Shown here: piece after piece, positions 10,445 through 20,021 of the stretch
Position numbering within the stretch: position 1 is the stretch's first letter
Layout: each line of letters opens with the position of its first letter
Source of the DNA: a virus
IMG/VR virus record: IMGVR_UViG_3300008114_000013
Length of the DNA stretch: 64,000 nt
Reading direction: 5' to 3' (one strand)
Made by a program: the position numbers and the translations under genes
The notes under the pieces: generated by a model
The model's database searches: none
What the model was told of the DNA's origin: nothing
Seen by the model: the letters and a program-made list of their open reading frames with translations, nothing else

Positions 10445-12472
10445 TTATAAAGCTCTTCCTTTTATATCTTTGTTAGGGTATCTTACTTCGAAAACACAAG
10501 GGTCTAATGATGGGTATACCACTTTACCTCTAGTTGCTTCATCGATATTGTATTTATTTGGTGAATAATTTCCATCTCCACCACATAAGTTTGAAATCTT
10601 AACAGATGGAACACTCATGACTCCTTCTACATTTGCAAGTATTAATTCTAATTCAGAAATGTTTATTGGTTTATTGAATGTCCAATTATCTATATTAAAA
10701 TAATCTTGTATTTTAACTAAACAATTAGCAACCACTTCTCTTTTATTGTAATTTGAATAACATATTACATCAAAGTCAACACCTATGTTTACAATGAATC
10801 CATCAATCATATTTACCGCATCGGTAATCAATCGATATTCACCTAAATAAGTTTTAAGATTTTGTTTAACTGCTTGATTTAAATTTACCAAATGTTTGTT
10901 AGAATCATACCCCAAAACATACATATTGATAGCAAATGGATTATTTACTTCATTTAATGATGATTTTTTAGTTGAAAGGTATTTAATTAATTGTCCTTGA
11001 ATATCCGATTTACTCATACCCTTAAATCCATCTACTAAATTAGTAAATTCTGCAATAGATGCTGGGCTAGATAAAATAGATGCAGGTGAATTGTTGTCTA
11101 TCTCTCCATCTTGAGATACATACACCTTCGCAACTGAACCATATCTTTCTGGCAATGATAATGCTCTTACTATATAATCCTGTTTAGTTACTGCTCTGTT
11201 TTGTGAACCAAATGTTGCTAAAGCGTTTTGTCTGATTTCTTCAATAGATTCTGCCCCTCTACCACCTATTGCAGGTTCTAAATTTTCTACTGCAATTGAT
11301 GATTTGAATGAGTTATACATACCAACAATGTCCGTTGGGATAGCCAGTAAATCATCATCGAATTCAATTTTTTGAATTTTTGTTAAATCACCAACATTAA
11401 CATTTGATGCAATTCCTCCACCTGTTAAGTATTTTATACTCAACACTTGCCCAGCAGGTGCTATGCCAAATGTGTTTGTTTTTAAAAAGTTAGATGGGTC
11501 AATTCCTTGATTCAATCTATTAATAGAATTTGCCAAACCTAATCCTATATTTTTTGTATTAGGTAGTATTTGCTCATCTCTTAAATTAACATCACCACTA
11601 CCAAATTGTATTTCAGTTGTATTATCCGAATTAATTTTTACAGAAAATCTACGAGGTACTTTTTGTACTTCTAAAATATATGGTACTGAACCAGAATACT
11701 GTGATAAATCATTCACATTGGGTTGTTCTACAAATATACTTTCTTGAGCCAAATATGGAACTTCATAATATCTGTTGTTATTGGAATCAGTTATTGATAC
11801 TATTTGTATGATATTAGTTTCGGATAATTGAATAGATGGGTAATCAGTATCACTACCCAATGTAATAGCAGTAGTATTTTCTTTAGCTGAAATGGCTTTA
11901 ATTTTTTTGGATACTAAATATTGAGTAGGGGTACCAGTTGTAGCATCCCTTTCGTATACTTCAATTGTTCTATCCGTTGGATTTTCAAAATCGATTGCAT
12001 CGGTAGTTATAAAAGATACATTACTATTTGTGGAGGATTGTACCTCAAATCCAGCTTTTATTTTAAAATAAAATCTACTATCTGCGGAATAATTAACACC
12101 ACCATTTTCAACTTCAAAAACCGATGGTATTAATTGATAAACAGTCAGTGTGGTTATAGCGGGTGAAGTTACTTTAGGTTTATATCCCATAGATTGAGCC
12201 AATGAAACCACATTTTTACGTTCCGTAGCATGGGATAACATTGATTCTTTTAATTGAGTATCTTGGTAAAATGAAAGAACATCTCCAATTGCAGCAGCCT
12301 GTTCAATAAACACCATACCAGGTGATGCTTCATTAAAATCTGAATATGTATTTGGGAAATAGGTTTTAGTAAAATCTATTAAATTTTGCTTAAACGTGGC
12401 AAAATCTTTACCAATGTAATTGATGTTTTTAGTATCACTACCCCAACTTTTGTTTGATGGATTAATTGCCAT
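10445..12472 (-). CDS. Baseplate wedge subunit (T4 gp6/baseplate J-like)
   Basis: KDFATFKQNL...YFP.TYSDFNEASPG; GGRGAESIEEIR...QNRAVTKQDY motifs. Confidence 0.9.
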   Translation of the reverse strand: MAINPSNKSWGSDTKNINYIGKDFATFKQNLIDFTKTYFPNTYSDFNEASPGMVFIEQAAAIGDVLSFYQDTQLKESMLSHATERKNVVSLAQSMGYKPKVTSPAITTLTVYQLIPSVFEVENGGVNYSADSRFYFKIKAGFEVQSSTNSNVSFITTDAIDFENPTDRTIEVYERDATTGTPTQYLVSKKIKAISAKENTTAITLGSDTDYPSIQLSETNIIQIVSITDSNNNRYYEVPYLAQESIFVEQPNVNDLSQYSGSVPYILEVQKVPRRFSVKINSDNTTEIQFGSGDVNLRDEQILPNTKNIGLGLANSINRLNQGIDPSNFLKTNTFGIAPAGQVLSIKYLTGGGIASNVNVGDLTKIQKIEFDDDLLAIPTDIVGMYNSFKSSIAVENLEPAIGGRGAESIEEIRQNALATFGSQNRAVTKQDYIVRALSLPERYGSVAKVYVSQDGEIDNNSPASILSSPASIAEFTNLVDGFKGMSKSDIQGQLIKYLSTKKSSLNEVNNPFAINMYVLGYDSNKHLVNLNQAVKQNLKTYLGEYRLITDAVNMIDGFIVNIGVDFDVICYSNYNKREVVANCLVKIQDYFNIDNWTFNKPINISELELILANVEGVMSVPSVKISNLCGGDGNYSPNKYNIDEATRGKVVYPSLDPCVFEVRYPNKDIKGRAL

Positions 12473-12474
12473 TA

Positions 12475-12912
12475 CTAATTATTTATGTTTATTTGTACTG
12501 ATTCTGTTAAATTTGGATTTGATGCTAAAGAAAATTGAATGTCCAATGATATTCTGTTTGTATCAATATCATTATCATCGTAATCAAATACTATTGAAGT
12601 TAAACTTAAATATGGTAACCAAGTATCAACTGCATCTACAATAGATGTTTCAATTCTTGACTCAATAGTAGCACCGTCCATCTGTTCAAATAACACCAAC
12701 CAAACATCACACCCAAATTCAGGATTCATTAATCTTTCTCCTTTTTTTGTTAGGATTAGGTTTTTTAAATTATCTTTTGCTTGAGTTAGAGTAGTATAAT
12801 TTGTAGAAAATACACCATTAGAATTTGAAGATTTGTTTATCCCAATTCCTAATACTTTATAATCATTTTCAGCTAAATCCGCTACTTTTACATTACCTAA
12901 CTCTATTGCCAT
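12475..12912 (-). CDS. Baseplate wedge gp25-like protein
   Basis: NLKNLILTKKGERLMNPEFGC...WLPYL signature. Confidence 0.9.
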   Translation of the reverse strand: MAIELGNVKVADLAENDYKVLGIGINKSSNSNGVFSTNYTTLTQAKDNLKNLILTKKGERLMNPEFGCDVWLVLFEQMDGATIESRIETSIVDAVDTWLPYLSLTSIVFDYDDNDIDTNRISLDIQFSLASNPNLTESVQININN

Positions 12913-13436
12913 TATTTAAATCTTTTTACTAATTCTGAATAATCTCTTGATAATGCCTTTATTGTAGCATCTTGTAATCCATCACCCGTAGATTCAAAGT
13001 TTGGAACATTAGATGGTACATTTACCTCTCTAAAATCCATAGTTTCCCATTCACTCTCATCAACTCTTAATTCAGGTTTAATCATATCTAATACACTCCC
13101 AACTGCTTGAGCACCTTCCTTACGTTGTTCTGATGAAAATGGTTGGGTCATATTTAGAATCTCATTTATCATCGGGTCTTTTGAAAATTCCTTTTTGATT
13201 TGAGGTTTTTGTTGAGGTTGTACCACCTTTCTACTTTGTTGTAAAGCATTATTCGCAGCTGCAAATGGGTCTACTGATTTAATAGCCTCCTTTAAAGTAG
13301 GTGCGGTTGATGCTTTAGGTAAATTTGGAGTAACTGCACCAGATTTGATAAGTTTAGCAACTTCCTCTTTTACTTGTGCTTTTACTTCATTCTTAACCAC
13401 TTCTTTAATTAGTGATACTAAAATGTCTGATTTCAT
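12912..13436 (-). CDS. Hypothetical late protein
   Basis: 174-aa ORF coupled to gp25, with late-type promoter upstream. Confidence 0.6.
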   Translation of the reverse strand: MKSDILVSLIKEVVKNEVKAQVKEEVAKLIKSGAVTPNLPKASTAPTLKEAIKSVDPFAAANNALQQSRKVVQPQQKPQIKKEFSKDPMINEILNMTQPFSSEQRKEGAQAVGSVLDMIKPELRVDESEWETMDFREVNVPSNVPNFESTGDGLQDATIKALSRDYSELVKRFK

Positions 13437-13490
13437 AAAAATTATTGTTCTGTTTGTTAATAAATATAATAAGTTAAAATTTACACCGAT

Positions 13491-14477
13491 TTATCTTGAG
13501 GCAAGTAGTGTAGATGATTCTATTAGTTCTGCTTCATCTCCATATATTATAGATTTTATAGCTGCTGCGATTTCTGGTTCTTGAGTTTGCTCACCTTCTA
13601 TAAATCCTTTAGCGATAGCAGTTCCAATTGCAGAAAGTGTATCAGTTTGATTTTCCGTTTGAGTTATAGCACTCGTTGCATCTAATGCAGTATCTACACC
13701 AACTATTGCTATACCACCCGCGAGTGATACCATATCTTTAAAATCTAAAGAAGATAATGGACTACCACTAAATGGTTTAACAAAATAACCAGCCCATGGT
13801 AAAACTCCAGGAGCAGGTGGGGCAGGTGGAGGGTATGTACAATTACAAGTAAATAATCCACCTACCGTTAGTAAATGTACTGATGCGGATATTATAAAAT
13901 TTAATAAAAATGGTGAAATACTAGCCATTGGTGGTACAACAATTGGTGTCCATATTCCAGGAGATAAATTCAAACCAGTATTTGTTGTTAAATTTGCAAC
14001 TGCACCAATACATGGTATATTTGGAACAGGTATTTTAGCAGAAGTTGCACCTAACCAATATGCCTGAATCGCAGGTCCAATATCTCTTAACAAATCTCCA
14101 GTTTTACTTAATGTAGTTGTATTCAAAATTAAAAGTAAAGTTGACTCCATTAAAGCAACATTGCCTCCTGTGAATGGAACACCTCCTATCAAAGTTTTAC
14201 CACCTCGTATAGCTTTATCATATTCTTCGGTTAAAGATTGAGCGAATGAGTAGTTGTTTGCTATATTATTTAAATCTGTTTCAGGGAAAAAATCACCAAT
14301 AACACCAGTATCACCCAATACAGAAGTACCTCCCACAACCGAAGAAGCTACCGCTGCTATTTTAGATTTAGCAACATTTTCTGCCATTTCTAATGACATA
14401 TTTAAATAAAAGTCCGACCAACTATTAGAAATTCCTCCTTTAAAAAGTTGTTTTGCCGCATTTAAATTTATAGCCAT
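13491..14477 (-). CDS. Putative baseplate/spike-associated protein
   Basis: 328 aa, translationally coupled to the gp5-like gene. Confidence 0.45.
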   Translation of the reverse strand: MAINLNAAKQLFKGGISNSWSDFYLNMSLEMAENVAKSKIAAVASSVVGGTSVLGDTGVIGDFFPETDLNNIANNYSFAQSLTEEYDKAIRGGKTLIGGVPFTGGNVALMESTLLLILNTTTLSKTGDLLRDIGPAIQAYWLGATSAKIPVPNIPCIGAVANLTTNTGLNLSPGIWTPIVVPPMASISPFLLNFIISASVHLLTVGGLFTCNCTYPPPAPPAPGVLPWAGYFVKPFSGSPLSSLDFKDMVSLAGGIAIVGVDTALDATSAITQTENQTDTLSAIGTAIAKGFIEGEQTQEPEIAAAIKSIIYGDEAELIESSTLLASR

Positions 14478-15721
14478 TAGGTTTTACTTAAATAATTATT
14501 AGCAGATAATATGGTTTTTAATTGTGAGTTTATTGATTGAAATGCTGCAGCGTTTTCTGGACCAACTTTCGATGGACCAGATGGTGTTAAGTAATTTTGT
14601 TGTAAAATCGCACTTATTAAATCTTTTAATATCTTAACAAGTTCCCCACCCAATACCATTTGTTGTACAGCCGCTCCTTCTTGTCCTACTCCACTATTCT
14701 TTCCTATAAATACTTTACCACTATCGGAATTAAGAAATATCTGATTAGAACCTTTTGAGTGTAATGTTATATTTTTATTATTGTGAATATAAACTTCTTG
14801 CTCTGCATCAACTGTAAAATTACCATCAGTTAGTATTCCAGTATTTCCTTTTCCAAATATAATAAATTCACTTGCTTTTGATGAAAGGATTATTCTATCT
14901 GAATTTATAAATAATTGGTCACCTTTTAACGAATCGGATGATGGATATCCTTTGAATGCAGTTTTAGTTTTAGCTACGGTTTCTTTAAAAGGTACTTTAA
15001 CTTTATTAGAAGTTATATAAATTGATGTACCATCTTTGTTAATATCTTCATCTACTAATTCACCTATTTTTTTTGAATCTAATTCTGGATTCTGTTTATT
15101 ACGAATGAATATAGATGGGGATGATGTTTTACTATCTTCAGTTAAAAAAAACTCACTAAAACGAATTGTGTTGCCAACTCTACCACTTATAATAGTATCA
15201 CCGTTTGATGGTTTTAAAAATTTAATTTTTTCATTTACCGAATACTCGTTTTTATCTTTAGTTTTAGTTTTTGCATTTGTCTTACCACCAGTAGCAGCAG
15301 TATTAGCCATAGAACCACCACCTTGTTTTCCAGCAGGCACTTCTACATCTTCCTCTAACGTAGCGTAATAGGTTGTGTAATCTCTTCTATAATTTGAATA
15401 AGGAGTATTGGTATATGGTAGATAAAATGATTGATTGTGTAATTTTACTATCACTACCGTTTCTCCTTTGATTGGAAATGTAAAATTATTTTTATCAAAT
15501 GGAAATGCGTAATCATCTACTTTGATATTACTTTCTCTTCGATAAGTAATGGCACCGTACATTCTAGCATCTTTGTCAGAAAATGCTTTATTATCGTTGT
15601 ATACCGAAATAGCATCAAGTCCAGCTTCACCTGCTTCTTTAGTTAATAATTCGGTTGTTGTACCATATACATTATCTACTGTTGCTAAAAATCCAAATAT
15701 GTTACTTTGGGTATCTGCCAT
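14477..15721 (-). CDS. Baseplate hub/central spike (gp5/VgrG-like)
   Basis: FPIKGETV OB-fold motif; GDTIISGRVGNTIRF; beta-helix-like repeats; MVLGGEL...TPSGPS C-terminus. Confidence 0.7.
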   Translation of the reverse strand: MADTQSNIFGFLATVDNVYGTTTELLTKEAGEAGLDAISVYNDNKAFSDKDARMYGAITYRRESNIKVDDYAFPFDKNNFTFPIKGETVVIVKLHNQSFYLPYTNTPYSNYRRDYTTYYATLEEDVEVPAGKQGGGSMANTAATGGKTNAKTKTKDKNEYSVNEKIKFLKPSNGDTIISGRVGNTIRFSEFFLTEDSKTSSPSIFIRNKQNPELDSKKIGELVDEDINKDGTSIYITSNKVKVPFKETVAKTKTAFKGYPSSDSLKGDQLFINSDRIILSSKASEFIIFGKGNTGILTDGNFTVDAEQEVYIHNNKNITLHSKGSNQIFLNSDSGKVFIGKNSGVGQEGAAVQQMVLGGELVKILKDLISAILQQNYLTPSGPSKVGPENAAAFQSINSQLKTILSANNYLSKT

Positions 15722-16125
15722 TATAATTTAGTTTTTATCTCTTCAATTTCGACCTGAATATCTAATAACTTTTCATCGTTCTTCTTGTCCAATTCATTTA
15801 CCGTATCTTCTAATTCGGTAAGCAATTGAGCCTTTTCATGTTCACTCAACCAACCATCTTCACCTATACCTTTAGCTTCAGCCTGTGCCAATCTCTGTGC
15901 AATTGTAGCCAACTTAATTAAATGGTCATCATTCTTAATGGATGAATCGATTAGGTCTCTAATAATGGGAGCTATTACAGTTGCTTCACCTACACTTTTA
16001 ATTAACTTACGAAGTGATTCAATCATTTCTGAAATGTTCTTCTTCTTTACTTGTTGATTATCGTAAATATCTTTGAATAGTGATGATAAGTTTTTACCAT
16101 CAAATAATTGAAATTCTGCGCTCAT
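15721..16125 (-). CDS. Hypothetical helical phage protein
   Basis: 134-aa ORF with late-type promoter. Confidence 0.6.
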   Translation of the reverse strand: MSAEFQLFDGKNLSSLFKDIYDNQQVKKKNISEMIESLRKLIKSVGEATVIAPIIRDLIDSSIKNDDHLIKLATIAQRLAQAEAKGIGEDGWLSEHEKAQLLTELEDTVNELDKKNDEKLLDIQVEIEEIKTKL

Positions 16126-16184
16126 ATTATGTTGTTCTTTACTATATAATTATAAAGTTATTCACTTATTAGATTGTATTCGTA

Positions 16185-17882
16185 TTATATCTTACTTATT
16201 ATGTAATTACCAATAACTAAATAATCCATATCACAATTTTTAAATGTGTTAACCGCAGTGTACGGGTCATTAACCATTGTTTGTCCTCTTAAATTAAAAG
16301 ATGTATTCAATAGTATAGGTGTTCCACTTACTTTTTCAAATGCTTTTAACAATTCATAATACAGAGGATTTTGTTGACTTTTTACCGTTTGAATTCGTGC
16401 ACTATTATCTACATGAGTTACGGATGGGATTGGTATTTCGGAAATTACTTGTACAACCTGATTCATGTATGGAACATCTTCTTCTGATTTAAAGTATTGT
16501 TGATAATCTTCGTGAGTTACGGATGGAGCAAATGGTCTAAACATTTCCCTCTTTTTGACAACCTTATTTATCCTATCTCTAACATCTGGTAAATGTGGAT
16601 TGGCTAAAATAGAACGATTACCTAATGCTCTTGCACCGAATTCAGTTCTACCTTGAAACCATCCTATGATATTACCTTCATTGATTAACTCTGCGGTTTT
16701 ATTTAATAACTCATCTGAATTTTTATAGTATTTAAACGATATATCTCCGATTCTATCTATAATGTTTAATACATATTCTTTACTAAATTCGGGTCCTAAA
16801 TATGGGGATTGGTTATCACCACCTTTTACTTTAGGATTTCCAATTACATCATGCCACACATATAAACATGCTCCAATTGCAGAACCCGCATCAGATGGTG
16901 CGTATGGAATCCAAACATTTTTTATTGCACAATGTTTTTTTATTTTACCATTAGCAGTTCCATTATATGCACATCCTCCACCTAATACTAAATTTGAATT
17001 ATCGGAATGACTGCATGAGTTATTGATAATATAATACAAACATCTCTCATACCATCGTTGTAAAGCAGCAGCTAAATCCATATGATGTTGTTCTAATTTA
17101 GATTCAGGTTCACGTGGTTCAAATCCTATCAATTTAACCAAATCCAATGTAAACATATCCGTATTAGAATACTCCCATGTAAAATACTTCTGATTTATAT
17201 CAACCAAATTAACAGTATCCAATGATGCGAATGTATCAAATAATTCGTTATATTTTGAAGAATCTCCGTATGGAGCCAATCCCATTACTTTGTACTCACC
17301 ACTATTTGGTTTAAATCCCAAATATGAAGTTATAGTTGAATATATTAATCCCAATGAATTTGGGAATTTGACTGTTTTAATTTCAATAATACCATTTGAA
17401 TTACATTCTGCAATGGATATGGTATCCCATTCACCAACCCCATCAATTGAAATTCCAATAGCTTTATCAAAAGGTGAGGTATAAAAAGATAAAGCCAAAT
17501 GAGATAAGTGATGTTTTGTAAATGTAATTACTCCATCGTATCCAATAGCATCTTTTATATATTTTTTTAAATTACCTTGAGTTGCTTTAAATTCTTTTTT
17601 AAATTTATTCCAAGTTTTGAAATACTTAATCCATCTCTTTCCTAATGTCTTACTAACTCTATCATATTTGATATTTGGTACTTCATACCAACACACCATA
17701 TCAACTTCATCTATTGTAATTTGTGCATGAGATAGACATGCTTCTATGGCCTTAAACGGAAAAGAGTTGTCGTGCTTTATACCCGACAACTTCTCTTCTT
17801 CTATTGCAAATACTACCTTACCATCTATAACTAATGCCGCAGCTGAATCGTGGTAAAATGCTGATAATCCTAATTGAATCAT
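16185..17882 (-). CDS. O-carbamoyltransferase (NodU/CmcH/TobZ family)
   Basis: HDSAAAL, HHLSH, DGVGE, EYKVMGLAPYG, GGCAYN, EFGARALGNRSIL, RPFAP and LLNTSFN motifs. Confidence 0.95.
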   Translation of the reverse strand: MIQLGLSAFYHDSAAALVIDGKVVFAIEEEKLSGIKHDNSFPFKAIEACLSHAQITIDEVDMVCWYEVPNIKYDRVSKTLGKRWIKYFKTWNKFKKEFKATQGNLKKYIKDAIGYDGVITFTKHHLSHLALSFYTSPFDKAIGISIDGVGEWDTISIAECNSNGIIEIKTVKFPNSLGLIYSTITSYLGFKPNSGEYKVMGLAPYGDSSKYNELFDTFASLDTVNLVDINQKYFTWEYSNTDMFTLDLVKLIGFEPREPESKLEQHHMDLAAALQRWYERCLYYIINNSCSHSDNSNLVLGGGCAYNGTANGKIKKHCAIKNVWIPYAPSDAGSAIGACLYVWHDVIGNPKVKGGDNQSPYLGPEFSKEYVLNIIDRIGDISFKYYKNSDELLNKTAELINEGNIIGWFQGRTEFGARALGNRSILANPHLPDVRDRINKVVKKREMFRPFAPSVTHEDYQQYFKSEEDVPYMNQVVQVISEIPIPSVTHVDNSARIQTVKSQQNPLYYELLKAFEKVSGTPILLNTSFNLRGQTMVNDPYTAVNTFKNCDMDYLVIGNYIISKI

Positions 17883-17886
17883 AATC

Positions 17887-18576
17887 TTAAATTTTTATGT
17901 CACCATCTCTTTCGAACTCATTATATAGTTCCATTTGTCTTTCTCTCATCTTATTAACAACTTTAGTAATATAATGAGTTGGGTGTCCTGTCATTTCTCT
18001 AATAAGTAGATATAATGATTTTTTATTAAAATTTTCTATGTATTCTGCTCTTCTAAATAATTCCAATACGGAATCTGCTATTTGTAAATCTCTTTTTTTA
18101 GGAAAGAAGTTTTCCAAATGTTTATCCCAATAGTTCAACATTACTACATTAAAAGTTCTATGGTCATCATTACGAACTTCTTCTGTAAAATTGTTTTCAG
18201 TATCCCAATGGTCTGGCATTGCAGACATTATATCGGTATCTTTGTATCTTTTGTAATTTGCGTTGTTATTTAAAATTAAATAATTCCTAGCAACAATTGT
18301 AAAATACGAAAAGGCTTTACCCTTTCCATTTTTATACATATGAATCTTCTCAATCATAAACGCAACTACTTCACACATCACATCCTGTGGGTCATCATCG
18401 AAATATGAAAACTTCCATTTGTTATAAACTATTTCTGCTAGTTTATCAAATGCAGGTTTAATTCTATCTCTATATAATAAATCTTTAACACGCTGATTAT
18501 CCGATAGATTATATTCGATAATAGCTTGTTCCGTATCTGATGTAAAGTATTGTTTATTTTTGGCTTTTCTAGGCAT
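17887..18576 (-). CDS. Phage sigma factor, T4 gp55-like (late transcription)
   Basis: N-terminal K..YF motif and GKAFSYFTIVARNYLI region-2-like motif; suitable size. Confidence 0.7.
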   Translation of the reverse strand: MPRKAKNKQYFTSDTEQAIIEYNLSDNQRVKDLLYRDRIKPAFDKLAEIVYNKWKFSYFDDDPQDVMCEVVAFMIEKIHMYKNGKGKAFSYFTIVARNYLILNNNANYKRYKDTDIMSAMPDHWDTENNFTEEVRNDDHRTFNVVMLNYWDKHLENFFPKKRDLQIADSVLELFRRAEYIENFNKKSLYLLIREMTGHPTHYITKVVNKMRERQMELYNEFERDGDIKI

Positions 18577-18577
18577 T

Positions 18578-18820
18578 TTAATTAAATTGTTTGAATCTTT
18601 CGATAGTTTCTTTTATTTGATAAAATATAGAACCTACTTCATCATCCTTCTCAAACATTTCACGACTATCAATTTGTCGTAATGCCTCCAGTAATGCTTC
18701 GTTTCTTTGAGTTTCTATTTCTACAAACTCTTCGTATTTTTCTAACTTTTTTAATAAGTTAAAAATAATGTAAATACATAATACGAATAATAAGGTGATT
18801 ATAAATAAAGCTATTTCCAT
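18578..18820 (-). CDS. Small membrane-anchored protein
   Basis: N-terminal TM helix followed by a coiled coil. Confidence 0.6.
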   Translation of the reverse strand: MEIALFIITLLFVLCIYIIFNLLKKLEKYEEFVEIETQRNEALLEALRQIDSREMFEKDDEVGSIFYQIKETIERFKQFN

Positions 18821-18822
18821 AA

Positions 18823-19470
18823 TTACACTATTTCATATCCTTGTAAAAAATAATTATTTGCTTTTTTGTATTTAACCTCAACCAGTTCACCAGTTGGTGA
18901 TTTCATTACAATTTTATCATTTCTACCATAATTATTTTTCTTTACGATAGTTGTAGAATAAACCCTATCTTTAATAGTTATTCCATCTAAATGGTCAATT
19001 TCATGCTGAACGATAACAGTCATCATTGTTTCAATTGAAACTCTTTCATCAGCTTTATCTCCTTCTGGATTGATTTCAAATTCCAATTCTCCCAAATTAT
19101 CAGTTTGAACTTTAATTTTACAAGACCTAATAGTTCGTAATGGGTTTTCAATGGTTTTAGGAATGGATAAACATCCTTCATAAAAAAGAAATCCTTCTTT
19201 AGACCGTTCTGTAATAACGGGATTCACTAAAAATAGTTCTCTACTATCTTCATCGTACCCAAACTTAATATAACATGCTCTTTTTTTAATACCCAATTGA
19301 GTTGCAGATATACCTAATCCTGGGTATTCGTTTAATCCATCTTTCAGAGTTTGTTCTAATTCATCTGCTTCTTTAGCAGTAATTTCGGTTTTGGGGACGC
19401 GTGTTAAAAGAAACTCGCTAAATTCTTTAGATTGTAATCCGTTTGATGCTTTGTCTGTAATTAATTTCAT
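18823..19470 (-). CDS. def: Peptide deformylase
   Basis: GLGISATQLG, EGCLSIP and QHEIDHLDG motifs. Confidence 0.95.
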   Translation of the reverse strand: MKLITDKASNGLQSKEFSEFLLTRVPKTEITAKEADELEQTLKDGLNEYPGLGISATQLGIKKRACYIKFGYDEDSRELFLVNPVITERSKEGFLFYEGCLSIPKTIENPLRTIRSCKIKVQTDNLGELEFEINPEGDKADERVSIETMMTVIVQHEIDHLDGITIKDRVYSTTIVKKNNYGRNDKIVMKSPTGELVEVKYKKANNYFLQGYEIV

Positions 19471-19474
19471 ATTT

Positions 19475-19684
19475 TTATTTATTTTTAAGTCCGTATTTTA
19501 TAAATTTATACCATATTCTTTCATGTAGAAAGTATTGTATGGGTTTGTACACTAATTCAACCACTCCGAAAGCAGCACCTATTTTAATAGAACCACTTAT
19601 CCACCACATTATTAAGAATCCAATTAAAGTACTTACAATGCGGTATGAGATGGTTTTAGCTATGTGTCTTTTTACCTGTGGCAT
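19475..19684 (-). CDS. DUF2061-like small membrane protein
   Basis: RHIAKTISYR...YFLHERIW signature. Confidence 0.8.
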   Translation of the reverse strand: MPQVKRHIAKTISYRIVSTLIGFLIMWWISGSIKIGAAFGVVELVYKPIQYFLHERIWYKFIKYGLKNK

Positions 19685-20021
19685 CTATTTCTCCATTTCT
19701 GATTGCAGTTCCACTAATTTCGGCTATATTTGTGGGTGGTTCGTGATAAATTACATCATACCCTACTCCTCTACCATAATTTACTGATTCAATATCAGGA
19801 ATAATTGATATATGAATTTTATCCCAATTATCAATAAAAAAAGATTCTTTAGTTAAATCTATCATAACCTGTTGAGCAGTTTTTGGATTATTCTCATCTG
19901 TTGGAACATCTCTAATTGCTAACCAAACATTTTTACCCTTTTCTAATTGTTGATTGATTAACCACTCATGTCCTTTGTGCCAATTCTGCCATCTTCCGAT
20001 GTATAGTGCGTATTTTTTCAT
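19656..20021 (-). CDS. HxGH-family nucleotidyltransferase (cytidylyltransferase-like)
   Basis: IGRWQNWHKGH and ISGTAIR motifs. Confidence 0.85.
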   Translation of the reverse strand: MKKYALYIGRWQNWHKGHEWLINQQLEKGKNVWLAIRDVPTDENNPKTAQQVMIDLTKESFFIDNWDKIHISIIPDIESVNYGRGVGYDVIYHEPPTNIAEISGTAIRNGEIDATGKKTHS

